NCBI GenBank assembly: GCA_045803545.1
Contig: JBJMOW010000004.1
Span: 768,001-832,000, forward strand
Direction: 5' to 3'
DNA length: 64,000 nucleotides
Source: Gemmatimonadaceae bacterium
Lineage (GTDB): Bacteria > Gemmatimonadota > Gemmatimonadetes > Gemmatimonadales > Gemmatimonadaceae
The position numbers were made by a program, and so were the translations under genes. This document shows, one piece after another, positions 56,419 through 64,000 of the stretch (its first letter is position 1; every line of letters begins with the position of its first letter). A model generated the notes under the pieces. The model worked only from the letters and a program-made list of their open reading frames with translations. It searched no databases and was not told where the DNA came from.

Positions 56419-58125
56419 ATGCGAATCCGTCCCGTTCTCCTCGCCGCACTGGCCGCCGTACCCGTCGCGGCCCAGTCGCCTCGCACCGCTCCGGACTTCG
56501 GTCCCAACGTCACGATCTTCGATTCAACCACGCCGGCCGCCACCATCCAGGCGAGGCTCGACACAATCTTCGCGTCGCAGGAGTCCAGCGAGTTCGGCGC
56601 GGGGCGGTTTGCGATTCTGTTCAAGCCGGGGACCTACGATGTGGATGCGCGAATCGGATACTACACCCAGGTGTCCGGCCTCGGAATTTTGCCGGACGAT
56701 GTCGTCATCAATGGCGGCATGCGTGCCGATGCGCGCTGGAGGAAGGGGAACGCAACGGTGAACTTCTGGCGGGACGTCGAGAACATGTCGATCGTTCCAG
56801 CCGGCGGCTTCGACCGATGGGCCGTGTCACAGGCCGCGCCAACGCGCCGAATGCACATTCGCGGCGACCTCGTGCTCGATGATGGTGGCTGGTCGAGTGG
56901 TGGTTTTCTTGCCGACTCCAAGGTCGACGGCGAGGTGAGATCCGGGAGCCAGCAACAGTGGCTGACGCGCAACAGCGCGCTCGGAAACTGGACGGGATCG
57001 AACTGGAACATGGTATTCGTCGGCACTCAGAATGCGCCAGCGAACAGCTTTCCGGATCCACCCTACACCACCGTCGATGCCGCTCCACTGATCCGTGAGA
57101 AGCCGTTCCTCATCGTCGACCGGCGCGGCGAGTGGAAGGTTTTCGTTCCGGCGCTCCGCTCGAATGCGGAGGGTACGACCTGGAGCTCCGGAAATCCGCG
57201 CGGAGTCGCGCGTCCGCTGAGCGAGTTTGTCATCGTCAAGCCGGGCGCTTCCGCCGCGACGATGAACGGCGCGCTGACGCGGAACAAGAGCCTCATCATC
57301 ACGCCTGGCGTGTACCATCTGGATGCGCCGCTTCGCGTCAGGAAGGCGAACACCATCGTCCTCGGACTCGGCCTGGCGACTCTTGTTCCGGACGACGGCG
57401 TCAGTGCGATCACGGTCGATGACGTGGATGGCGTGACCCTCGCCGGCCTTCTCATCGCTGCGGGTCCGACCAACTCGCCGGTGCTCGTGCAGATCGGGCG
57501 GTCTCATTCGTCCATCCGGCATTCGTCTGACCCGACATTGCTCAGCGATCTGTTCGTTCGGGTCGGCGGCGCCGGAATCGGGAAAGCAACCCGCTCCGTC
57601 GAGATCAACAGCAACGACGTCATCGGCGACCATCTGTGGCTCTGGCGCGCCGATCACGGCAACGGAGTCGGATGGACCTCGAATACGGCGGCGAACGGCC
57701 TCGTCGTGAACGGCAACGACGTGACGATGTACGGACTCTTCGTGGAGCACTACCAGCAGTACCAGGTGCAATGGAATGGAAACGGCGGGCGCACCTACAT
57801 GTTTCAGAACGAGATGCCCTACGATGTGCCGGATCAGGCGGAGTGGATGAGCGGCGGGACGCGTGGGTTCGCCGCCTATCGAGTCGACGCCGCGGTCACC
57901 AGTCACGAAGCGTGGGGACTCGGTAGCTACTGCTTCTTCAACAGAAATCCCAAGGTGGTCGCGGATCACGCCTTCGAGGCGCCCATCGCTCCCGGCGTGC
58001 GACTGCGGAACATGGTGATCGTGTCGCTGGGCGGCGGCCGCGGTACGATTTCGCACGTCATCAACGAGACGGGGAATGCGGCGCAAGCCGGAGCGACTGT
58101 CCAGAAGCTTGTCAGTGGTAATTGA
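56419..58125 (+). CDS. GH55 exo-beta-1,3-glucanase-like glycoside hydrolase
   Basis: PDFGPNV, NFWR, WAVSQAAP, SSGGFLAD, SQQQW, WLWRADHG, FVEHYQ, FQNEMPY; signal peptide. Confidence 0.88.
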   Translation: MRIRPVLLAALAAVPVAAQSPRTAPDFGPNVTIFDSTTPAATIQARLDTIFASQESSEFGAGRFAILFKPGTYDVDARIGYYTQVSGLGILPDDVVINGGMRADARWRKGNATVNFWRDVENMSIVPAGGFDRWAVSQAAPTRRMHIRGDLVLDDGGWSSGGFLADSKVDGEVRSGSQQQWLTRNSALGNWTGSNWNMVFVGTQNAPANSFPDPPYTTVDAAPLIREKPFLIVDRRGEWKVFVPALRSNAEGTTWSSGNPRGVARPLSEFVIVKPGASAATMNGALTRNKSLIITPGVYHLDAPLRVRKANTIVLGLGLATLVPDDGVSAITVDDVDGVTLAGLLIAAGPTNSPVLVQIGRSHSSIRHSSDPTLLSDLFVRVGGAGIGKATRSVEINSNDVIGDHLWLWRADHGNGVGWTSNTAANGLVVNGNDVTMYGLFVEHYQQYQVQWNGNGGRTYMFQNEMPYDVPDQAEWMSGGTRGFAAYRVDAAVTSHEAWGLGSYCFFNRNPKVVADHAFEAPIAPGVRLRNMVIVSLGGGRGTISHVINETGNAAQAGATVQKLVSGN

Positions 58126-58157
58126 TGCAGCGTCATTGATACCGCCGGACGGCGAGG

Positions 58158-58739
58158 ATGAAACCTGTTGAGAAGTCAGTGATCGAACAAAAACGGTGTT
58201 CGTGGGTCAACGTCGACAACGCGCTCATGCGCGAGTATCACGATCGCGAATGGGGGGTGCCGGTCCACGACGATCGCAAACACTTCGAGTTCCTCATTCT
58301 CGAAGCGGCGCAGGCTGGATTGAGCTGGTCGATCGTGCTCAACAAGCGTGAGGGTTACCGCCGCGCGTTCAGCCAGTTCGATCCGGAGAAAGTTGCCCGA
58401 TTCACCAAGGCGCGAATCGAGAAGCTCGTTGCCGATCCAGGAATAATCCGCAACCGGTTGAAGATCGAATCAGCCGTGAGGAACGCGCGTGCGCTGCTCG
58501 CGGTGCAGGAGGAATTCGGAAGCTTCGACGAGTACAGCTGGCGCTTCGTCGATGGCAAGCCGCGCCAGAATCGCTGGAAATCACTGCGGCAAATTCCCGC
58601 CACGACGCCCGAGTCCGACAAGTTCAGCCGCGATCTCAAGCAGCGCGGCTTCAGTTTCGTCGGATCGACCGTGATCTACGCACACATGCAGGCGGTTGGT
58701 ATGGTCAACGATCACATGGTCGACTGCTTTCGGTCATGA
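58158..58739 (+). CDS. tag: DNA-3-methyladenine glycosylase I
   Basis: RCSW, YHDREWG, LEAAQAGLSW, GIIRNRLKI, QAVGMVNDH..C. Confidence 0.96.
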   Translation: MKPVEKSVIEQKRCSWVNVDNALMREYHDREWGVPVHDDRKHFEFLILEAAQAGLSWSIVLNKREGYRRAFSQFDPEKVARFTKARIEKLVADPGIIRNRLKIESAVRNARALLAVQEEFGSFDEYSWRFVDGKPRQNRWKSLRQIPATTPESDKFSRDLKQRGFSFVGSTVIYAHMQAVGMVNDHMVDCFRS

Positions 58740-58863
58740 TTGTTCTGCGGGCACGTAGACCAACCGACACAGGATGATCACCCGTCATCCAATCGTCTGT
58801 ATGGCGTCGCGCAGAACTGTGACCTAAGTTAGCCTGGCTCCCTTTAGGTGAAGGTCACAAGTG

Positions 58864-61107
58864 ATGAACCCGCTCAGCGCGACCGACCCGATTGCTCCAC
58901 TCCGGGCTGCACTCGCGGGCCGGTACGAAATCGGCCGAGAGATCGGACAAGGAGCGTTCGCCACCGTCTACCTCGCCAAAGACTCCAGGCATGAGCGTCA
59001 GGTCGCTGTAAAAGTCCTGAACGTCGATCACGGGACGGAGAGCGGTGAAGTGCGATTCGCGCGCGAGATCGGAATGCTCGCGCGATTGCAGCACCCGAAC
59101 ATTCTTCCGCTCCACGACTCCGGTCACGTCGAGTCACTGTTCTACTATCTGATGCCGTACGTCAGTGGTGAGACGTTGCGCGCAAGAATCCATCGGGAGC
59201 GGCGTCTTGCCATCGACGCCGCTGCACAAATCTGCTGCGAATCAGCCGACGCTCTGTCTTACGCGCACGCGCAGGGAATAATTCACCGCGATATCAAGCC
59301 TGAGAATATTCTGCTCTCCGGCGGGCACGCAGTGATTGCCGATTTCGGCATTGCGCGCGCGATCGATCTGGCAGGCGTGCAGACTCTCACACGCACGGGG
59401 ATGGGCGGACCCGGGACGCCCGCTTACATGAGTCCTGAACAGCTGCTGGGCGACCGCGAGCTCGATGGACGCAGCGACATCTACAGTCTTGGTTGCGTTC
59501 TCTTCGAAATGCTCACTGGCAAGCCGCCGTTCTCTGGCAAGGACGGTTTTGCAAAACGCTTCACCGAGCCGGCGCCGGCGCCCTCCAGTCTGCGCAAGGA
59601 AGTACCTCGATGGCTCGACCTCGTAGTGAGCAAAAGCCTCGCACGCGATCCGCACGATCGTTACGGCCGCGCCGAAGAGCTCGCTAGAGATCTCACTCGA
59701 CATCACACCGCCGAAGAACCGACCACTGAATGCGCTTCGATCGGTGTGCTTCCGTTCGCCAACATGAGCGCGAGTCCCGACAACGAATACTTCTCGGACG
59801 GCGTCACGGAGGACATCATCAACGCGCTCTCCCGAATTCCGACGCTGAAAGTCGCGGCGCGCACTTCGACGTTCGCTCTCAGGGGAAAGCCACTCGGCAT
59901 CGCTGAAATCGGCGAGCTACTGAATGTGAAGACGATCCTCGAGGGCAGCGTACGTCGCATGGACAAACGCGTCCGCATCAGCGCACAGTTGGTGAACGCG
60001 AGCGACGGTTATCAGATATGGTCCGAGCGCTACGACCGGGATGTCGAAGACGTTTTCGAGATCCAGGACGAGATCGCGCGCCGGATTGTCGATGAGCTGA
60101 AACTCAAGCTGACGCCGGCGCAAGATAAGGCGCTGATCCAACGACAAACCGAAAACATCGAGGCGTACGAGCTGTACCTGCGCGGAAGGTATTGCTGGCA
60201 TCACTGGAACATGAAACGCGGCCTCGAAAGAGCGGTGCAGCACTATGCGGCTGCGTTGGCGAAGGATCCCAATTACGCACTCGCGTACTCCGGGCTTGCC
60301 GACGCCTACAGCGTGCCCGGATTGTGGGGCATCCTGCCGGCGTCGGCGGTACTACCAAAAGCGATTGCTGCTGCGACGCGCGCCGTGGAGATCGCACCCG
60401 ATCTCGCCGAATCGCGCACGTCACTCGGGTTCGTGCAGCTCCTGAACTGGAACTGGGAGGCGGCAGAATCCTCTTTTCTTCATGCGATCGACCTCAACCC
60501 GCGTTACGCACTCGCACACACTTTTCTGGCGTGGCTTCTGAGCGGTACCGACAGACCACGCGAGGCCGCTGAGGCGGCACGGGTCGGACTGGAGCTGGAC
60601 CCTCTCTCACCCGCGACGAACGGCATTTCTGCGCTTGTCTCATATCACGCGCGACGGTACGACCAGGCTGTTACTGAATGCGAGCGCGCGCTCGACCGCG
60701 ATAAGACTTCGTTCCTTGGCCTTCTCGCAATTTCGCTCTCCTATGCAGCGATGGGGAAGCACGATCAAGCCATCGCCTACGCGAAACAAGGCGCGGAGCT
60801 TTCACCGGACCTTAATCTGCTGCGCGCATTACTCGCGACAACGTACGCCGCTGCTGGCAATAGAAAGGAAGCCCAGCTCGTACTCGACGACCTGCTTGCA
60901 CGCGCAAATCTGGGATACGTGGGTCCGACGATGATCTCGTGGATTTACGCGAATCTCGATCAACCTGAGCGCGCCCTCGAGTGGTTGAACAAGGCGTGCG
61001 CAGAGCACGATTGTACGCTCGCGTTTGGGATCAGAGTTCCGCTGTACGATCACATAAGCGCCGATCCCCGTTTTCAGGAAGTCGTGCGCTGCCTTCGTCT
61101 CGACTGA
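58864..61107 (+). CDS. Ser/Thr protein kinase with TolB-like and TPR domains
   Basis: GQGAFA, VAVK, HRDIKPEN, DFG, GTPAYMSPE; SIGVLPFANMS...YFSDG; TPR repeats. Confidence 0.95.
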   Translation: MNPLSATDPIAPLRAALAGRYEIGREIGQGAFATVYLAKDSRHERQVAVKVLNVDHGTESGEVRFAREIGMLARLQHPNILPLHDSGHVESLFYYLMPYVSGETLRARIHRERRLAIDAAAQICCESADALSYAHAQGIIHRDIKPENILLSGGHAVIADFGIARAIDLAGVQTLTRTGMGGPGTPAYMSPEQLLGDRELDGRSDIYSLGCVLFEMLTGKPPFSGKDGFAKRFTEPAPAPSSLRKEVPRWLDLVVSKSLARDPHDRYGRAEELARDLTRHHTAEEPTTECASIGVLPFANMSASPDNEYFSDGVTEDIINALSRIPTLKVAARTSTFALRGKPLGIAEIGELLNVKTILEGSVRRMDKRVRISAQLVNASDGYQIWSERYDRDVEDVFEIQDEIARRIVDELKLKLTPAQDKALIQRQTENIEAYELYLRGRYCWHHWNMKRGLERAVQHYAAALAKDPNYALAYSGLADAYSVPGLWGILPASAVLPKAIAAATRAVEIAPDLAESRTSLGFVQLLNWNWEAAESSFLHAIDLNPRYALAHTFLAWLLSGTDRPREAAEAARVGLELDPLSPATNGISALVSYHARRYDQAVTECERALDRDKTSFLGLLAISLSYAAMGKHDQAIAYAKQGAELSPDLNLLRALLATTYAAAGNRKEAQLVLDDLLARANLGYVGPTMISWIYANLDQPERALEWLNKACAEHDCTLAFGIRVPLYDHISADPRFQEVVRCLRLD

Positions 61108-61145
61108 GCCGAAGGTCACGGGGTCATGAGGGGCACGCCGACTCG

Positions 61146-62255
61146 ATGAGCGGCAGCAGGTGTCTCCTGATCGCTCTGTCAGCGCTGGCGTGTCGTGCTC
61201 CACTTACGATTACAACCCAGATCCAATCCGGACAGCAGGTGATCGGCTGCGCAGCCGAAGATTGCGGCAACGCCGACAGCCTGATTGATGTCACCTATCT
61301 TGGCGTTTCCGGCTTCCTGATCGAGCACCGGAATCACGTCCTGCTGACAGCTCCTTTCTTCAGCAATCCTTCTTTCGGACAGGTGCGGCCGCGCGTGCGC
61401 AAGGTTCTGCGCAGCACCCCCAGAATCACGCCTGATACCAATACTATAGAAAGGTTGTTGCCGCGTGGTGCGGACCGGGCAACCACAATCCTCGTCGGCC
61501 ACGGTCACTACGATCATCTGATGGACGTCCCCTACATCGCGACGCATCGTGCAACGTCGGCCACGATTTATGGTGGACCCTCAGTGCGTCACATGCTGAT
61601 GGGAGATTCCGTGCTTCGCATGAATGGCGGACGCAGAGTGGTAGCAATTTCTGAAGTGGTCGCCGGGCGTCCACGGCGGCGCGGTGCGTGGTTCTATGCG
61701 AGCGATAGCGCTTACCGTTTCATGGCTCTGATCTCCGGACATGCTCCGACTTATCGCGCATGGAAGCAGGTTTACACCTTCACCAGCGGAACCGTCGACT
61801 CTGATCGCGACAGCCTCCCGCACACCGCCGCCGAGTGGAAGCTCGGCGAGCCATACTCGTACCTGATCGACGTTTTGGATGATCAAACGCGCTTGCCGGT
61901 ATTCCGGATCTATTTCCAGGACGCTCCGAGCGAGCCGCCGCTTGGTTTTCCACCGGCCGAAGTACTCGCCGAGCGTCCAATCGACCTTGCGGTGTTATGT
62001 GCCGCGACTTCTTCCAACGTTGCAAAAACGCCCGACAGCCTGCTCGTCATTCTGAAGCCGGCGCACGTGATGCTGGGTCATTGGGAAGATTTCTTCCGGG
62101 CGCGGCGCTTGCCGCTGCAGTTGGGACCCGGGACTGATCTCGACGCGTTGCGGAAAAGTCTGGGAAAATCGCTTCCAGCTTCGGCGGATTGGGTTATGCC
62201 GCTGCCGCAGACGACGTTTCGGTTTCGCGAAACGAGATTGCTGCCAAGACGGTAG
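61146..62255 (+). CDS. MBL-fold metallo-hydrolase lipoprotein
   Basis: Lipobox ALAC; YLGVSG, GHGHYDH, GHWEDF. Confidence 0.85.
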   Translation: MSGSRCLLIALSALACRAPLTITTQIQSGQQVIGCAAEDCGNADSLIDVTYLGVSGFLIEHRNHVLLTAPFFSNPSFGQVRPRVRKVLRSTPRITPDTNTIERLLPRGADRATTILVGHGHYDHLMDVPYIATHRATSATIYGGPSVRHMLMGDSVLRMNGGRRVVAISEVVAGRPRRRGAWFYASDSAYRFMALISGHAPTYRAWKQVYTFTSGTVDSDRDSLPHTAAEWKLGEPYSYLIDVLDDQTRLPVFRIYFQDAPSEPPLGFPPAEVLAERPIDLAVLCAATSSNVAKTPDSLLVILKPAHVMLGHWEDFFRARRLPLQLGPGTDLDALRKSLGKSLPASADWVMPLPQTTFRFRETRLLPRR

Positions 62256-62369
62256 GAAGCTGGCGCCTGCCTGACGAATGAGCCCTTACGCTTGCCCGCT
62301 TAGAGAGCTAAACCTTGCGTGCGTGTCGAAACCGTATGGTGGAGCGACCTGAGCGGATGGACGCAGGAT

Positions 62370-64000
62370 GTGACTGACCTCCACGAGCAACTTCGAACGA
62401 CTCTCAGCGGATACACCGTAGAGCGCGAGCTCGGAGGCGGTGGGATGTCCCGCGTATTCGTCGCCCAGGATACAAGGCTCGGGCGGCGCATCGTCGTCAA
62501 GGTGCTTCACCCGGACCTGGCCGCGGATGTGTCCGCCGCGCGCTTCGAGCGGGAGATTCGCCTCGCGGCTCGACTTCAGCATCCGCACATCGTGCCGCTG
62601 CTCAGCGCGGGAGACATCACCGGGCTTCCTTACTACACGATGCCATTCGTCGAAGGCGAGAGTCTGCGCGCCCGCCTTTCACGCGATGGAGCGCTCGGTA
62701 TTGCCGATGCGCTTCGTCTGATCCGCGAGCTTGCCGATGGTCTCGCATACGCGCACCAGCAAGGAGTGATTCACCGCGATCTGAAACCGGAGAACGTACT
62801 CCTGTCGGCGAGCCATGCGATGGTCACCGATTTCGGTGTCGCCAAAGCTCTGTCCGTCGCCACGGTGGGCGGGACAGGCAGCGATGATTCGTCCGTCAAC
62901 ACTCTGACTTCTGCCATGGGTGTCCCCATCGGGACTATCGGATACATGGCTCCCGAGCAAGCTGTTGGAGATCCGACGATTGATCATCGTGCGGACCTTT
63001 ACGCGCTGGGCGTCATCGCCTATGAGACGCTTGCCGGCGAGCATCCTTTCAGCGGTCGCGCTCCACAAGCCATGCTGGCTGCGCACCTGACTGAGGCCCC
63101 ACCTTCATTGCTTGACCGCAGGCCTGACGTGCCACCCGGGGTCGCAGAGCTCGTAGCGCGTCTCCTGCAAAAACGAGCGATCGATCGTCCGCAAAGCGCG
63201 GCGGAAGTCAGGGCAACGCTCGACACCATCGGTGCGCCGACTGAAACGCAGCCCGGCGCGACTGCTGCGACAAACCGCTCGCGGCGGCGTATGCGCGTTG
63301 CAGTTGTCGGCGGTGGGTTGGGACTGCTGGCTCTCATTGCACTCGTCGCGCTTGTGTCACGTCGTAAGACAGCCCCTCAACAGCCAGTGCTGGCCGTTCT
63401 CCCGTTCGAGAACCTCGGCCAGCCCGCCGACGCGTATTTCGCAGATGGACTGACAGACGAAGTGACGAGTCGTCTCTCCGGCGTATCGGGGTTGCGGGTA
63501 ATCGGCCGGGCGAGCGCGCGACGCTACAAGGAATCCACGAAGAGTCCGCGAGAGATCGCCCAGGAGCTCGGTGCCAACTATTTACTGACGGGCACAGTAC
63601 GATGGGAGCGATCCGACAGCGGCAGTGGTCGCGTGCGAGTGAGTCCGGTATTAGTCCGCGCCTCGGATCAGTCCAGCGTATGGGCGGAACCGTACGAGGG
63701 ACCACTAAGCGATGTGTTTCGTGTCCAGGCGAACGTCGCCGAACGAGTTGCGGGCGCGCTCGATGTTGCGTTGCTCAGTGGTGAGCACCAATCCGTAGTA
63801 GCACGGCCAACATCGAATCTCGCGGCGTACGACGCATACCTGCGCGGCCTCGCCAGCTCGACGCGCGCGAATCGCTTTACACCACAGCGCGTCGACACTG
63901 CCATCGCGAATTTCGAGCGTGCTACGGCACTCGATTCAAATTTCGCCCTCGCGCACGCACTGCTGGCTCGCTCATATCTCGACAAGAGAATCCTGGCCAA
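62370..64000 (+). CDS. Ser/Thr protein kinase with TM, TolB-like and TPR domains (3'-partial, absent from the ORF track)
   Basis: My translation from GTG 62370: ERELGGGGMSRVF, VVKVL, HRDLKPEN, DFG, GTIGYMAPE, a TM segment, LAVLPFENLG...YFADG; runs off the window end. Confidence 0.93.
   Translation, partial: MTDLHEQLRTTLSGYTVERELGGGGMSRVFVAQDTRLGRRIVVKVLHPDLAADVSAARFEREIRLAARLQHPHIVPLLSAGDITGLPYYTMPFVEGESLRARLSRDGALGIADALRLIRELADGLAYAHQQGVIHRDLKPENVLLSASHAMVTDFGVAKALSVATVGGTGSDDSSVNTLTSAMGVPIGTIGYMAPEQAVGDPTIDHRADLYALGVIAYETLAGEHPFSGRAPQAMLAAHLTEAPPSLLDRRPDVPPGVAELVARLLQKRAIDRPQSAAEVRATLDTIGAPTETQPGATAATNRSRRRMRVAVVGGGLGLLALIALVALVSRRKTAPQQPVLAVLPFENLGQPADAYFADGLTDEVTSRLSGVSGLRVIGRASARRYKESTKSPREIAQELGANYLLTGTVRWERSDSGSGRVRVSPVLVRASDQSSVWAEPYEGPLSDVFRVQANVAERVAGALDVALLSGEHQSVVARPTSNLAAYDAYLRGLASSTRANRFTPQRVDTAIANFERATALDSNFALAHALLARSYLDKRILA

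Noticed and set aside
1..64000. Integron cassette array, CRISPR array, tRNA or rRNA
   Set aside because: No repeated attC-like sites, spaced repeats or RNA-gene signatures seen by eye; a computational scan would be needed to exclude them fully.

Overview
GC-rich bacterial window with about 65 CDS. I found no rRNA, tRNA, CRISPR array, integrase or transposase. The gene content (Ser/Thr kinases with TolB-like/TPR tails, many exported peptidases and hydrolases) is typical of Gemmatimonadota; that assignment is an inference. The window is mostly accessory genes: small regulator-plus-cargo modules (HxlR, ArsR, MarR, ECF sigma, a FixL/FixJ-like two-component system), exported hydrolases and redox enzymes. 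Main points: (1) a lower-GC island at about 17.3-21.4 kb with a complete three-gene Lamassu/ABC-three-component defence system (Mrr-like nuclease effector) and an orphan coiled-coil gene; (2) a recombination scar at 4337-4570 where a diverged, inactivated 184-bp copy of the S9 peptidase gene is fused to a 52-bp copy of the TonB-receptor 3' end, suggesting two alleles of one variable locus joined in tandem; (3) a His/Cys-rich exported leader protein ending in PYPTPPP before a TonB-dependent receptor, resembling a CruR/DUF2946 metal-sensing arrest peptide without the RAPP motif; (4) a bipartite GATAC-N4-GTATC box shared by the hydrolase promoters flanking the two-component system; (5) a Ycf46-like AAA ATPase between two zinc-ribbon genes. 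All calls come from reading motifs by eye; no searches were run.
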